Below are positions 38,420 through 52,031 of a stretch of DNA of 64,000 bases, piece after piece. Source of the stretch: Octopus sinensis (lineage: Eukaryota); assembly GCF_006345805.1 (NCBI RefSeq), contig NC_043011.1, forward strand, positions 42,482,464 to 42,546,463, given 5' to 3'. The position numbers and the translations under genes were made by a program. Below the pieces are notes generated by a model. That model was given only the letters and a program-made list of their open reading frames with translations, ran no database searches and had not been told where the DNA came from. Position 1 is the first letter of the stretch. Every line of letters begins with the position of its first letter.

Positions 38420-38600
38420 CAAATGTTGCACCGTTCCAGAGGATTCCACTGAATGGGGAAGGGAGGGAGGGAGGGATAGGATCAGTTACCTAGGTAACTT
38501 GATTAATTTGGCCAAGCTCAAATGTTGCACTGTCTTAGATGATTCCACGAAATAGGGAGAGGGGATAATGTCGGTTACCAAGGTAACATTATTTGGTCAT
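38420..38600. promoter_or_regulatory. Diverged ~95-bp tandem duplication, each unit with an RFX X-box-like palindrome
   Basis: GTTACCTAGGTAAC (38485-38498) and GTTACCAAGGTAAC (38574-38587) fit GTNRCC-N2-RGYAAC. Confidence 0.35.
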
Positions 38601-38946
38601 TCTCCATAATTCTTGGTAGTTGTTCTTGTTATTGCTATTGTTTAGTTCTAAGTCCAGCAGACTTGTAATCAAATTCCATCTTAATTTTTAATCAGGCATA
38701 GTGTACCTAACACTACACTATTCAAAAGGTCTCTTTTAAAGGCATTACAGTGTGATTTGAGGGAGTTTTGGTTGCTATTTCTAAGAAATTGAGTGACACA
38801 CACAAAAAAAAAACCAACCTATTTAGCACATTATTGCTTTTCAGTTCTAGCTCAGTATTCAACAGTGATCAAGTAGACACAAGACTGAAGTTGTTCCAAC
38901 CATGGCCATCCCACAATATCTAGGTCATAATCCAATGTCCTTATTA

Positions 38947-39320
38947 TTATCTCTACCTTAGCGAAGGGGCAGAGGTATCGTTTTCAGTCGTGTTTGTTTG
39001 TTTGTCCATGGACAAGATATCTCAAGAATAGCTGGATGGATTTGGATGAAACTTTCAGGGATGCTTGGCCTTGTGACTGGCACAAACTGATTAGATTTTT
39101 GGGATCGATCCGATACTGGACAAGGATTCTGGATTATTTTTCCCGTTTTTTTTTTTTACTTAATTTTTGAGAGCAATCGGGTTCATTTTTTGTACACTCA
39201 TTTGTGAGAGCAGTCGAGTTCATTTCAGATATTTTCATTTTAAAAAACATCTCTGGCTAATTGTTGAGAGGATGTTGGTGTTGCCTTGGCAGAGGTTTGT
39301 GCTCTCTGACTACTTTTGTT
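38947..39320 (+). mobile_element. Helentron/HINE-like non-autonomous element
   Basis: Subterminal GGCAGAGG at both ends, (GTTT)n near the 5' end, GGATGGATTTGGATGAAACTT, T-rich flanks. Confidence 0.55.
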
Positions 39321-39330
39321 ATTATTATTA

Positions 39331-39373
<43 letters not shown>

Positions 39374-39374
39374 G

Positions 39375-39590
39375 ACGGTGAGCTAGCAGAATCATTAGCA
39401 CATCGGCTGAAATGCTTACCAGCATATCATCTGTCTTTACATTCTGAGTTCAAATTCCACCGAGGTTGACTTTGCCCTTCATTCCTTCGGAGTCAATAAA
39501 TTAAGCACCAGTGATATACTGGGGTCGCTGTAAATAACTAGTCCCCCCTTCCCCAAATTTCAGGCTTTGTGCCTATAGTAGAATATTACT
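39375..39590 (+). mobile_element. SINE family B, diverged
   Basis: Head and core motifs. Confidence 0.7.
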
Positions 39591-39624
39591 ACTACTACTA
39601 CTACTGCTAATAATGATAATAATG

Positions 39625-39662
<38 letters not shown>

Positions 39663-40252
39663 GACAATTCAGGTTTTTAATCTGATGTTCAAAACCAAGA
39701 ATATTTCCTGGAACCTTGTTCAAGAGATAAACTTTTAGTGCTACACCAAACATATTCCCATGAAATTACATTTGTGTCTACAGATGTAAGGAATTGCAAC
39801 AACCCTGACTGATAAGGTTTCAGACGACAGACTGCTGGGGTGTGGATGACCTCCGCCATTTACTCTCCTGCTGAGTTCATAGTCACCCGACACAGAACTC
39901 CTGTTGGCAGATGAAGGCTAATGTTAAATCTAATTTAAATCCAAACAGGCAAAAATATATTAAATGTTTAATACTAAACTAGTGGAGAGAGGAGAAGTTG
40001 AAGTGAATGGGAAGAGAGTATGGCAGTGAGACAAAGAGGGAGAGGTGGGGAAGGTACAAACAACTTTAGTGTTTGGCTGATGGGATAAACTCCAGGATAT
40101 ATGAGAGGGGTGGGGTTTAGTGTTGTGGGGTGGGGAAGCAAAATGAAGCGAAAGTGGGTTTGTAATGATTTCTTTGAGTGAGTATATGAATGTGCATGTG
40201 TGTGCAAGTATATATAAACATACTTTTTACATAGAAACATACCTTCAACCAT

Positions 40253-40525
40253 CATCATCATCATTGCTTAACATCCGTTTTCCATGCTGGCATGGGTTGG
40301 ACGGTTTGACTGGGGACTGACAAGCCAGTAGGCCGTACCAGGCTCCAATCTGATCTGGCAATATATCTACAGCTGGATGCCCTTCCTAACACCAACCACC
40401 CCAAGAGTGTAGTGGGTGCTTTTTACGTGCCACCAGCACGGGAGGTAGTCAGGCGGCACTAGCATTGGCTACATTCGGATGGTGTTCTTTACGTGCTACT
40501 GATACAGGTGCCAGTCGGGGCGGGA
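40253..40525 (-). mobile_element. SINE family C
   Basis: Family motifs and (CAT)n. Confidence 0.8.
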
Positions 40526-40556
40526 TGTATTATATCTATCTATCTATCTATCTATC

Positions 40557-40590
<34 letters not shown>

Positions 40591-41102
40591 TACAGAGTGT
40601 CTCCTGATGCAAGGAATTGCACACACACACACACACACACACACACAGGGAAAAACAAAAGTTATTAAAATGGTTATGAAAATCCACTCAGAAGACATTG
40701 TTCAGCCCAAAGCTATAACAGAAGACTTGCCCAAGGTGCCATACAGTGGGACTGAACCCAGTACTATGTGGTTGGGAAACAAACTTCTTACTACACAGCC
40801 ACGACTGCACCTCTACATACTTTGTGTGTGTGTGTACAGTATTCACTCCATCACGTTTTTCTGTTGATGTGTGTGTATGTATGTACACACATCAACAGAA
40901 AAACCTGATGGAGTGAAAACTGCGGAGTAGCAGTAACTAGGGAGTGTTTGCGTGCATGTATGATACACACACACACACACACATACAAGCTTGTACATAT
41001 ACATATACATGCATCACACAAGTACACATACATGTTGACAGTAAGACATGATGGAATGTTAACTGTTGATTAGTAATAACGAGAAATAGTGAGTGTGTGT
41101 GC

Positions 41103-41137
<35 letters not shown>

Positions 41138-41383
41138 AGAGAAAGACTATGCAAAAATGTTTATCTGCAAGTTAGAAAAAAGTAAGAATGCATTGATGTC
41201 AATGTATTATCAGTCAGCTGACAGTCTTTTTCACATCTCTCTCCTATGTGTGTGTGTGTGTGTTTATGGGTGTGTGTGTATGGGTGTGTGTGTACACTGA
41301 TGTACCTTTAGGAGTGTTTATATGCTCATGTTTGTATGAAAGAATTTGTATATTTTCAGACATCTGTGTGTATGCACAAATAC

Positions 41384-41442
<59 letters not shown>

Positions 41443-42130
41443 CAACTGTGTGACTATGGTAAATATGAAGGTCAGTAAGGTGTGACCCAACGACCTCATA
41501 ATGACCCACTGATCAAGATAGCAAACAGGAACTAAATAAATCCTGTCAACACATAGGCTGGGGTTTCTCATCACCTTTGATTGAATCAAAAACTCCCAGT
41601 AAAAATCTTGTGACCCTTGATCACTGAAGAGATGAGGCTCTACATGGTTACTAAGTCCCCTAGAAATCCTAGCCAAATCTCCCTCCAAATCACATTCTAA
41701 CATCATAAAAATTAAATCTATACAGGATTATGTTGTCCTGTACACACCAAATGGAATGGTCATAGCTGGAATGTCTCTGATTATTGGTCTACTCAATCTG
41801 TACTGAAGTGGGACTAAACAGCAACTATTTCTATTTGCACCCTCATCAAAGTCCTCAAAAGAGGTTTCTTAGGTTTGTACGTTTCACACAATGCACACAG
41901 ACAATGTGCTATACATACACACACATGCATTTATATATACGTCTCTGTAGAATGGTGAGTGCTAGGAAGAGCATCCAGCTGTCGAAACAATGCCATGAAG
42001 CTCAACAAAGTTCTGATACATTGGGATCTTGTTGAACCATCCAATTCATACCAAGACAAACATCAAAGCAATAATGAAAGTGATGATAAATGTGTGTGTG
42101 TGTGTGTGTGACAGTATAATTATTTAGTAA

Positions 42131-42429
42131 CTAGCAGTATCGCCTGGCGTTGCTCGGGTTTGTAATGGAAATAACTATATAAGCATTTTTAGAGAGTTAC
42201 TTCCCTTATATAAATAGCGAAAAAATGCATTAAAATGGAAAAAAATGATGGTAAATTTTTTTTTAAATCGTAGACTCATCATAGACGCGCGCTAATACCC
42301 AGAAGGGCTCAATATGAATCACGACTATAAGATACCCAGTTTTGGTTAAACTGCACCGCAAAATGTGGGAGTAGTTAGGAATCTAAATCGTAGGAGACAG
42401 ACACACAACTTGACTTTTATATATAAAGA
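42131..42429 (-). mobile_element. Non-autonomous Helitron, same family as 19765 but lacking about 95 internal bp
   Basis: TC...hairpin...CTAG in an AT site; alignable to 19765-20158. Confidence 0.85.
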
Positions 42430-42639
42430 TATATGTAATTACACATATGCACACACACACAAACTTACAGACAAATATGTGTTTCTAATGAGCATTTTTG
42501 AAAGTTTGCATGTATGTATGAGCATTTAGCTTAATTATATATTACTATATGTAATTACACACACACACACTCAAACTTACAAATAAGTACATATGTGTAT
42601 ATTTGAATGCGTGTGTGTGTGTGTGTTTATTGAAAGTAA

Positions 42640-43150
42640 TGACCATTGGGACAACAATGCGTGTTAAGCAGCAGCAACATAAATCTTGGAAAAACCTCAA
42701 CTTACGCAACACTGAAGTCTGTTTTCCCTGAAGCAGGGTCTCTCCTCATCAACACACCAGTGCCAGTCTCTTTGAGGAACACAGAAGCAGTTATGAAAGA
42801 CATCCTCTGGAATGCTACACAGCTGCTGTGACTGTGGACTCATCATTGAATGTAGGCTCTTGGATATCATTGCACAACAAACGACGATAGCATTTGATAT
42901 CAAAGAGGGCGCAATATTAATTCCTTCGTTAGTTTTTTTAATTGCCAGAACAGGCAAGATTGTATAATTGATTCATTCCAATGTCTGTATCCTTCTGGAA
43001 CTTATATTGCATTCAATCCTGATGCCCGAGGGGCAATGTTGATGGTGACAATAATAATGGGTTGTTGTAATTAAAATATCCTATGTCCAGTGAAAGATTT
43101 CACGATACCGAGCAGGGGAAGATAGGGGGCCAAATTCAAAATCTAAAGCG
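42640..43150 (-). mobile_element. Old mariner-like remnant (transposase C-terminus)
   Basis: SIPEDVFHNCF...RDWHWCVDEERPCF resembles the mariner tail IPxxxFxxCFxxWxxRWxxCV. Confidence 0.45.
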
Positions 43151-44181
43151 CTTGTTGTATACAGAAGTATATGATGCAGGTATGATTAAGTGGTTAAGTC
43201 CCAACTATGAACTACCTTAGGCAAGTGTTTTCATCTGCATACTCAACTTGACCAGGAACTTATTAAATAGAAGCCTATCAGAAGTGGGTCCATGATGTAG
43301 AAACTTCTGAGTAACAAGTCTAAACTGTGTGTGTGTGTGTGTGTGTGTAGCACTGGGTTTTTATGTTTGTTCTTTTACGTCTTGTAACTTAGTAGTTTGA
43401 ATAGAGATCAATAAAATAAGTATTGAAATATGTATTGGGGTTGAAACATCATATATATATATATATATATATATATCTATACCTATATATATTCTTATGT
43501 ATACGTTAGTGAATATCCAAATCTCCAACTTCAACTGGAGCTGATCGATTGAAAGACTTTCAAGAAGAAGAAAAAATTCTGTTCTGCCAGGTTGAGCGTA
43601 AGACTTGATTACTGTGAATATGGATCAGTAACAAGTGTGTGTGCGTGTGTGTGAGGGAGAAATATGCTGAGTTCTTCTCTTGGGATTCAACAGACAAATA
43701 AAATATAAAATGACATTTTTTGAATATATTTTCCTTGAGTGTGGAACTAATACTCAATGGTCCTCGTTCCCCTCTCTTCTTCCCTCCCCCACTCTCTCTG
43801 TAGGGCATTGTGGGTTACTGGGGAGGGGGGGCACAAGTGCACAACAGTACCATGAGTGGAGGTGAAGGAGTGGGGGGATGGGGCAGGCAGCTGTAGTACA
43901 TTTGTGCTGAGAAAAATAATAAATATTTAACAAATTCATAAGTGATTTATATTTAATTACTGTTTAGTATTGAGGACTAAATTATATTTTTTCTTTTTTT
44001 AATCGTTTGAAGTTTTTAGAGATTTCATGAGTTTCGAAATGTGAATGAGGGGAAAATTTGCACCATGGATAAGGGGTTTCTCCTTTAGATGAATAAACAA
44101 TTATATTTAGAAAAAAACCAGTCGAGATGAGGCTGATAGACTATAGAAGAAAGTTCGATATGGAAAAACATCTATGATTAA

Positions 44182-44380
44182 CCTGTTAGCATTTAAACTG
44201 GCCACATCTGGCCTGAAAACTCTACAGCTTTATGTTTAAACTGGTCAGATCTGGTCTCTCACACCCACACAACAATGTCATTCTAAAAATAAACAATCAT
44301 AGACTTGAAACCTCAAAGCAATGAGATCATGTGTGTGAATAAATATTACATTTGACAGAGTAATCTGAACACGAGGGTGT
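44182..44380 (+). mobile_element. piggyBac-like MITE
   Basis: TTAA-CCTGTTAGCATTTAAAC start; homologous to 45460 and 57204. Confidence 0.6.
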
Positions 44381-44399
44381 TTATTTTTATTTTATTTTC

Positions 44400-44790
44400 T
44401 ACTCTAGGAACAAGGCCTGAAATTTTTGGGGAGGGGGGGCAGTCGATTAGATCAACCCCAGTACACAACTGGTACTTAATTTATCGACCCCAAAAGGATG
44501 AAAGGCAAAGTCAACCTTGGCGGAATTTGAACTCAGAACATAAAGACAGACAAAATACCTATTTCTTTACTACCCACAAGGGGCTAAACACAGAGGGGAC
44601 AAACAAGGACAGACAAATGGATTAAGTCAATTATATCAACCCCAGTGCATAGCTGATACTTATTTAATCAACCCCGAAAGGATGAAAAGCAAAGTTGACC
44701 TTGGCAGAATTTGAACTCAGAAAATAGCTGCAGATGAAATACTGCTAAGCATTTCGCCCGGCGTGCTAACGTTTCTGCCAGCTCGCTGTC
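44400..44790. mobile_element. Two family B SINE pieces in opposite orientation (44400-44545 +, 44560-44790 -)
   Basis: Core motifs on both strands. Confidence 0.7.
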
Positions 44791-45149
44791 TTAATATGAC
44801 GGTATTTATGAGTGTGTTGTGTGTATATGAATGACTGCACATTCATTGTGTGTGTGTGGATTGTATGTGGTTCTATATGGTTGTTTGACCTTCGAGAAAT
44901 AGCAGCTAAATCATATGCAATTCACACTACTTTTTTAAAGCCTGAAAAAAGTTAAAGGCATCTCCACTGGGGATATGCTGGTGGTGTCTCAACAGTAAAT
45001 AATCACAAATACCATTTATATCAAGAAAAAGTCATCATAACACTCCACCCCACATCGTAAGCAATACTCAGTGAAAGTCCTGAAATACTGCTCCACTTGT
45101 TGAGTCTTGCACCAGGGATATCTCCTTAACACAACTAGGACTAAATTCT

Positions 45150-45420
45150 ATGTGTGGCCCTTCTCTTCTTCTGAGCCAGAAGAAACTTCAATCCCAGACA
45201 ATTAATGACAGTGAGGTCTACAAGAAAGTATTGCTCTTGCAACAAGGACAATGTTGCTTTTGTTATACACATAGACATCCTTGACCACATCTAGAAAAGG
45301 GCCATACAACTAACAAAGTCACCCATAGGCATACTCAAGTCCCTGGACCTTAAGCATGCTGTGTCTCCTCTCTCTGCTTTTTATAGCACTTCTTGAATGG
45401 CCTCTGTTTCTCTCATCCTC
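45150..45420 (+). mobile_element. CR1/L2-type LINE, ORF2 C-terminal remnant
   Basis: ARRNFNPRQLMT...KYCS...IDILDHI.KRAIQL...SLDLKHAVS...NGLC. Confidence 0.65.
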
Positions 45421-45459
45421 TTTGCTGTGCCCAACTCCAACCCCAAGGCTCTACATTAA

Positions 45460-45791
45460 CCCTTTAGCATTGAAACCAACCATAACTGGCCCAAATGTTC
45501 TATTTCTCTTATGTTCAACCAGCCAGATCTAGCCTCTCACACCTACTGTACAATGCCATTCACAAAATATGTAATCACAGCATCAAAATATCAAAGCTAA
45601 AAGATAATGCATGATTAATCTTTAGCACACTGTAGGTGCATCAAGTCAATGTATGAGCTTTCTCCCCTGTAGTAACACAGCAGTGGCAGGGGAAACAATT
45701 CTAGAGAAAATGCCATGTTGTAAAGGTTGATTCAAAACAATGGGAAATAAAGAAGCATTACATTTGACGGAGTAATTTGAATACTAAGGGG
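45460..45791 (+). mobile_element. piggyBac-like MITE with internal insertion
   Basis: TTAA-CCCTTTAGCATT ... ATACTAAGGGG-TTGA. Confidence 0.7.
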
Positions 45792-46153
45792 TTGATCATT
45801 TTTCCCAGTTCCTTTTCAGAACATCAACCTTCTAAGATTCCCACTCCTGCTCATATCTGTCTCCAAATGTGTTCACTTACAAAGATCTGACAGGAACATT
45901 ATTAGCATTACTCACACTGGTTTAGAGGATCTACAAAACAAAAATCAATCAAAAACTACATGGAACTTGCTATACTTTATTGTATCCTCAGTCTTGTCTT
46001 AGTAAGGTTGCCTTGTTCTCTGTAAATTTAAAGACATCCCACCGTATTATGGTGGGTGCTTTTGTTTGTTTAAGGTAGAACATTGTTAAAAATACCACAT
46101 CACCACAAAAAAAAAGTGAAAATTCAAGTGAACCAATAATAGAACATTTAAAA

Positions 46154-46427
46154 CAGTGGTCAAGTGGGGTCCATATGGCCCTTAGGGGTCCCATGTGACC
46201 CTTAAGGATTCTATGTAAGAGGTTGTTAAAATTTATGCTTAATAAATTGGTCACATTTCTACAATGTATAAAATATTTTAAATAATTTTTTTAATACAAT
46301 TCCTAATAAAATTTAATTATAAAAACATAAGATTTTTAAGCATTGAACGAACGGCTATGGGGGTCCACCTGAGCAAAATAGAAATCAAAGGGGTCCATAG
46401 GTAAAAAAAAATGGTTGAGGACAACTA
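46154..46427 (+). mobile_element. hAT-like MITE (related copy 55724-55958)
   Basis: CAGTGGT start, GGTTGAG(A/G)AC(C/A)ACT end; shared internal ATACAATTCCTAATAA...TAATTATAAAAACATAA. Confidence 0.55.
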
Positions 46428-46843
46428 ATGTAGATGGTTATTCAACTTGCTAAAAATAACAACTGAATCACTCTCAAATCATAAAATGTCATCTTTTAAA
46501 AAAATGAAGATGTTAAATGATGTACCATTGTACAAATAAAGAAAATGGGATGGTCAGCAGGAATGGGCTGACCTGAGGCTGTTACAAATGGACAACATTA
46601 AGCACTTGTTGATCCTGCTAGAAATAACACCTAAATCTCTCTCAATTCATACCAGCAGTCTTGCAGAGTGAAGGACACATTGGATCAGTTATGGTTGAAG
46701 ATACATAGTAACCTTAGCTTCAGACCATAAGTCTCCTGGATCCAGTCTGACCCAGGGCTAAACTACAAAAACAGCAGCATCAACAGCAACCAGAATGTAA
46801 GAATTAAAAACAACACAAAAACAAAAAACTATAATTACTGATT

Positions 46844-47250
46844 CTCTTTACTCTTTTACTTGTTTCAGTCATTTGACTGCGGCCATGCTGGAGCACCGCC
46901 TTTATTCGAGCAAATCGACCCTGGGACTTATTCTTTGTAAGCCCAGTACTTATTCTATCGGTCTCTTTTGCCGAACTGCTAAGTGACGGGGACGTAAACA
47001 CACCAGCATCGGTTGTCAAGCAATGCTAGGGTGACAAACAGACACACAAACACACACACATACACATATATATATATACATATATATGACAGGCTTCTTT
47101 CAGTTTCCATCTACCAAATCCACTCACAAGGCATTGGTCGGCCCGGGGCTATAGCAGAAGACACTTGCCCAAGATGCCACGCAGTGGGACTGAACCCGGA
47201 ACCATGTGGTTGGTTAGCAAGCTACTTACCACACAGCCACTCCTGCACCT
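46844..47250 (-). mobile_element. SINE family A, full length, young
   Basis: Complete head to tail. Confidence 0.92.
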
Positions 47251-47692
47251 GATTGTATTTTTAAAAAATATATATATAAAAATGCATCCCACTGCTGATT
47301 CTAAGTAAACTTACTCCACCACAACCACAACCACCACCACCTTTACCATTTGAACTCCACCACCATCTGAACTCCACAAGCAGCAAAATTACTCAACCTC
47401 CTCCCTCCTCCACCTTCGTCTTTTCTCCAGAATATTCCAGAATATTTTATTGATTCAACTTACTTTCCTTTCTTTCATTCTGCACACATTCTCCCTAATT
47501 TTTTGCTTGGAGGTGTATGACACACTTCTGTTTAGCTCTGTGTGTGTGTGTATGTGTGCATGTGGTTTATGCAGAGGTGTGCATACGACAGTACTTATGT
47601 ATGTGTGTGTGCATGGGAAAATCTAAATATGAGTACACGTTGGATAGAGCAGACTCATTAGTGTTCAAATACTAAAATATGCCTGCATGCAT

Positions 47693-47736
<44 letters not shown>

Positions 47737-49324
47737 GAGATTATGTGTACAGATAGATATGACTGATACTGTCATGGTTAGACCTCCATGTAGATTATCA
47801 TAATCCAGTTTGCTCCCTGTATAGCTCTTGTAAAATTCCTTGCCATTTTTCCAACTTTGGACACAGTTATCAGTAACTTAATGCAATAAAGTGTTCCCCG
47901 ATGATCTATTATGGTTGTGCTTCTAATTGCACTCGAAATACCTACTACCACAATGGTGAAACACAAGCAGGAACTATAATATAAACTAGTGTCTATCCTT
48001 ATTTTTCTCTCACACACACACACATTTGTGGAATAACAAGGCAACCAATAGTTTCACGTGAAGAGATCTTCACAATTGTTCATGCAAACTACTTGGAAAT
48101 GTTAGTACTTGTCTCCATTTTGAAGAGTGTATATAAACACATCATTATCATCATCCCAACATCCACTTTCTATGCTTACATGAGTTGGACAGAATTTGGT
48201 GAGGTAGATTTTCTACAGCTGGATGTCCTTCCTGTCTCCAACCTTCGCTTATTTCCATAACCAGACATGTTTTCATGGAAAATTGGAAATAAATGATACT
48301 GTATGCACGACAGTGACACTTGTTCACAGCTGTCATGTGATGTCAAGACAGGAGACAGTAACTCATACACACACACACACACACGATGGATGTCTTTCAG
48401 TTTCCCCTCTAACAAATCCACTCACAAGGCTTTAGTTGGCCTAAGGCTATAGTAGAAGATTCTTGCCCAAGTTGCCATGCAGTAGGATTGAATGCCAAAA
48501 CCATGTCGTTGGGAGCCATTCTTTTGTCTCTATGTTGATGCTGGCAAGGATTGGATGAATATATTAACAAGGACTGTTTTACAGCCAGATGTCTTTCCTG
48601 TTACCAATCCTAACCTATGTAAATCTAAGCGTTTGTTTAAACATTTGCACTTCTCTAAAAATCATTGAGCTATGGATGATGATGGTGGTGGTATCATTCC
48701 CTCATAGCAAATTGCCTGCTGGCTTTTTGTGTTTGAAGAGGCGTGGAATAAGAGATCCTCTACTTGAGAAATAGGTAAGGGTTAGTAACAGGAAGAGCAT
48801 CTGGCACTAGAACAATGCCTCAACGGTACTTTCATACAACCCATGCTAGCACGGAAAAAAAGAAAAACAAGCAAAAATGAATAATGTACACACACACAAA
48901 TGTATATATACAAATAAATATATACAAATATATTCACACACACATACATATATACAAATACATTCACACACACATACATATATACAAATACATACACACA
49001 TGTATATATACACACACACATACATACAAATTTTGCAGAGAACAATGAAACCAAAAGCCAAAACCAGACATGAACTCATAAAAATTACAGAGCTGGACAA
49101 TAACTGGAGAATTACAAGACAAAGCGAAAACAGAGAAAGAATGTGGCTAGACTTTCGACTGAGATAAGTGGATTATAAGAAAGGAAAAATCTTACAAAGA
49201 AAGAATAACGCAAACATAAAATTTCCCTTCGTCAATGGCTAAATTAAAATAACAATTCCTACAAGACTAGCCATGTTTCATTCAATATAAAATTCATCAG
49301 AGTAATACAATGAGGGAAACCCTG

Positions 49325-49712
49325 AGATGTGTGTGTGTATGTGTGTGTGTGTGTGCGTATATGTATATATATACAGACATACACACATACACACTCATAC
49401 ATACATACACACACACATACTTACACACACGCTCGCCTGCACGCGCACACACATGCATGACAAACACCCATACACTCACACTCACATACACACACACCAA
49501 CATATACACGCACACATACACGCACACACACACACACACACGCCTACACACCTACATACACACACATGCATACACACACATACACGGACACACCCATACA
49601 TACACCTATACACACACGCCTACACACCTACATACACACACATGCATACACACACACAAACATGTACGCACATACACACACATATACGCACATACATATA
49701 TACCTACACACA

Positions 49713-49745
<33 letters not shown>

Positions 49746-50740
49746 GCACACGCATGCATGCACGCACACGCGCATACCTACACGCATGTACGCATACATG
49801 CACACACACACACACGTACACATACATACATACACACACACATACATACACCCATACACATACATGCATCCTACACACACACTCACACACACATACACAC
49901 ACACACACTCACTCACACACCTGCATGTTCGCGCACACACATGCACATACACACACTTCCACACACACACACGTACATACATACACACTCATACACACAC
50001 ACACACACACGGACATACATCTATACACACACACATACTTACATACATTCATCGGACACACTGACACTCAGACTTACACACAGACACACTCACACATCCA
50101 CACACATACATACTCACACACGCAATCGCAGGCGCGCGCACATGCTCGCTTGTGCGCGTTCGCATACACGCACGCTTGCACCACGCTCATGGTTGACCGA
50201 CCGGATCTCCGGTCCGTATCTGGGGCCGGCGCGTTGTCTTTGGGTTCTCCCACGCCTGTCGCCGCGGGACCACTCTTCCATCTTCCCCCTCCTCTCCCCC
50301 CCCCTCCGCTGCAGTTCTTTTTCCCTTAACCCCCCCTTTTGTACACACACGCACACACATACACCCACCCATTTGCATATATATACACATTACACTTACA
50401 CACACTTCAAATTTACTTGCCACACACACAACTACGCACGCTGGACATATACACACACTACCACTCCACGTTACATACGCCCCCACCCTTTCCCGCCCCG
50501 CACGCACTAACATATACATATTTTCTGTTTTTTTATCACGCCTCACACACACATACACACACGCACACACTCACACATACATACACACGCACACACACAC
50601 TATCTCCCTGCTTCTGACCTGCCTTTCTAACTTGCTAGGGTACCCCCACACCACTCCTTTAATTCTACTACTGCTTGCTACTAGCCATTGTCCACCATAC
50701 ACACACATACACACACACGCACACTCACACACACACACCG
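49325..50740. repeat. About 1.4-kb CA-rich low-complexity tract with a GC-rich island at 50120-50330
   Basis: Direct reading; source of the spurious 245-339 aa His/Thr ORFs. Confidence 0.9.
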
Positions 50741-50769
50741 TCACCTCGCAACACCTTTTTTACCATTCC

Positions 50770-51045
50770 CTCATTGATTCAGCTCTCCTGTTTTTAAAAA
50801 ACCTTTTCCTCCTTTTTTACTACTTCCGTCTTTTCAGTATGTGACCTCGTGAAGACGACCCGCAATTTTTTTTCCTCTGTCCTCCCGTCTCGGGATCTTT
50901 CTTTCTTTCTCTTATGTTTCCGACGAAGAGCTCCGCTCGAAACGTCATACCCTCCTTCTTCCATTTTCCTGAGCGCCTAATAATAATAATACTGTAATTG
51001 TTCCACGTGTTGTTGTTTTTTCTGTTTTCCCGTTTGGATTAACCT
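50770..51045 (+). mobile_element. Penelope-like 3' terminal fragment
   Basis: TTTCCGACGAAGAGCTCCGCTCGAAACGTC hammerhead-like motif in a pyrimidine-rich tail. Confidence 0.55.
50916..50950 (+). ncRNA. Minimal hammerhead ribozyme motif (U4C)
   Basis: gttt-CCGACGA-A-GAGC tcc GCTC-GAAA-C-GTC-atac; stem I 3 of 4 pairs; ACGT palindrome as stem III. Confidence 0.5.
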
Positions 51046-51104
51046 TATATATATATATATATGTATATATATGTGTATATATATATATATACATATATAT
51101 ATAT

Positions 51105-51503
51105 ACTCTTTTACTTGCTTCAGTTATTTGACTGTGGCCATGCTGGAGCATTACCTTTAGTCGAGAAATTCAACCCCCAAGACTTATTCTTTGTAAGCCT
51201 AGTACTTATTCTATTGGTCTCTTTTTGCTGAACTGCTAAGTTATGGGGGACTTAAACACACCAGCATCGGTTGTCAAGTGATGTTAGGGGGACAAACATA
51301 GACACACAAACACACATATATATATACATATGTATGATGGGCTTCTTTCAGTTTCTGTCAACCAAATCCACTCACAAGGGTTTGGTCAACCCAAGGCTAT
51401 AGTAGAAGACAAGACACTTGCCCAAGGTGCCACACAGTGGGACTGAACCTGGAACCATGTGGTTGGTAAGCAAGCTACTTACTACACAGCTACTCCTACG
51501 CCT
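51105..51503 (-). mobile_element. SINE family A, full length; head-to-head with another copy at 51517-51690 (+)
   Basis: Family motifs on both strands. Confidence 0.85.
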
Positions 51504-51691
51504 ACATATATATAAGGCATGGCTGTGTGGTTAAGAAGCTCACTTTGCAACCATGTGGTTTGGAGATTGCAGATTAGGTCCCACTGCACGGCACTTTAGG
51601 CAAGTGTCTTCTACTATAGCTCCAGGTTGATCAATTTGAAAGAGAGAAACTGCGTGGAAGCCCATCATATGTGTGTGTGTGTGTGTGTGTC

Positions 51692-51985
51692 GTCATCATC
51701 ATTATCATCTAAATTCTGCTTTTCATGCTAGTTATGGGATGGATGGCTTGACAGAAGCTGGCAAGCCAGAGGACTGCGCCAGGCCCCACTGTCTGTTTTG
51801 GTAAGGCTTTTTTATGGTTGGATGCCCTTCCTAAAAACCAATCACTTTATAGAGTGGACTGGATGCTCTGTACATGGCACCAGTGCTGGTGGGGTCTGTT
51901 TTGTCATGGTTTTCACAGCTGGATCGCCTTACTAATGCCAACCACTTTACAAAGTTGACTGAATAAAAATGTGGCACCAGCACAC
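51692..51985 (-). mobile_element. SINE family C, diverged
   Basis: (CAT)n, GGATGCCCTTCCTAA. Confidence 0.65.

Positions 51986-52031
<46 letters not shown>

Noticed and set aside
43510-43589. Exon candidate ending GAGC|gtaaga
   Set aside because: The nearest acceptor is followed immediately by an in-frame TGA, and the other frames are closed
47778-48044. 88-aa non-repetitive minus-strand ORF
   Set aside because: Weak splice signals and no recognisable motif; this length is expected by chance in 64 kb
49310-50510. His/Thr-rich ORFs of 245-339 aa
   Set aside because: Translation of the CA tract; open in several frames
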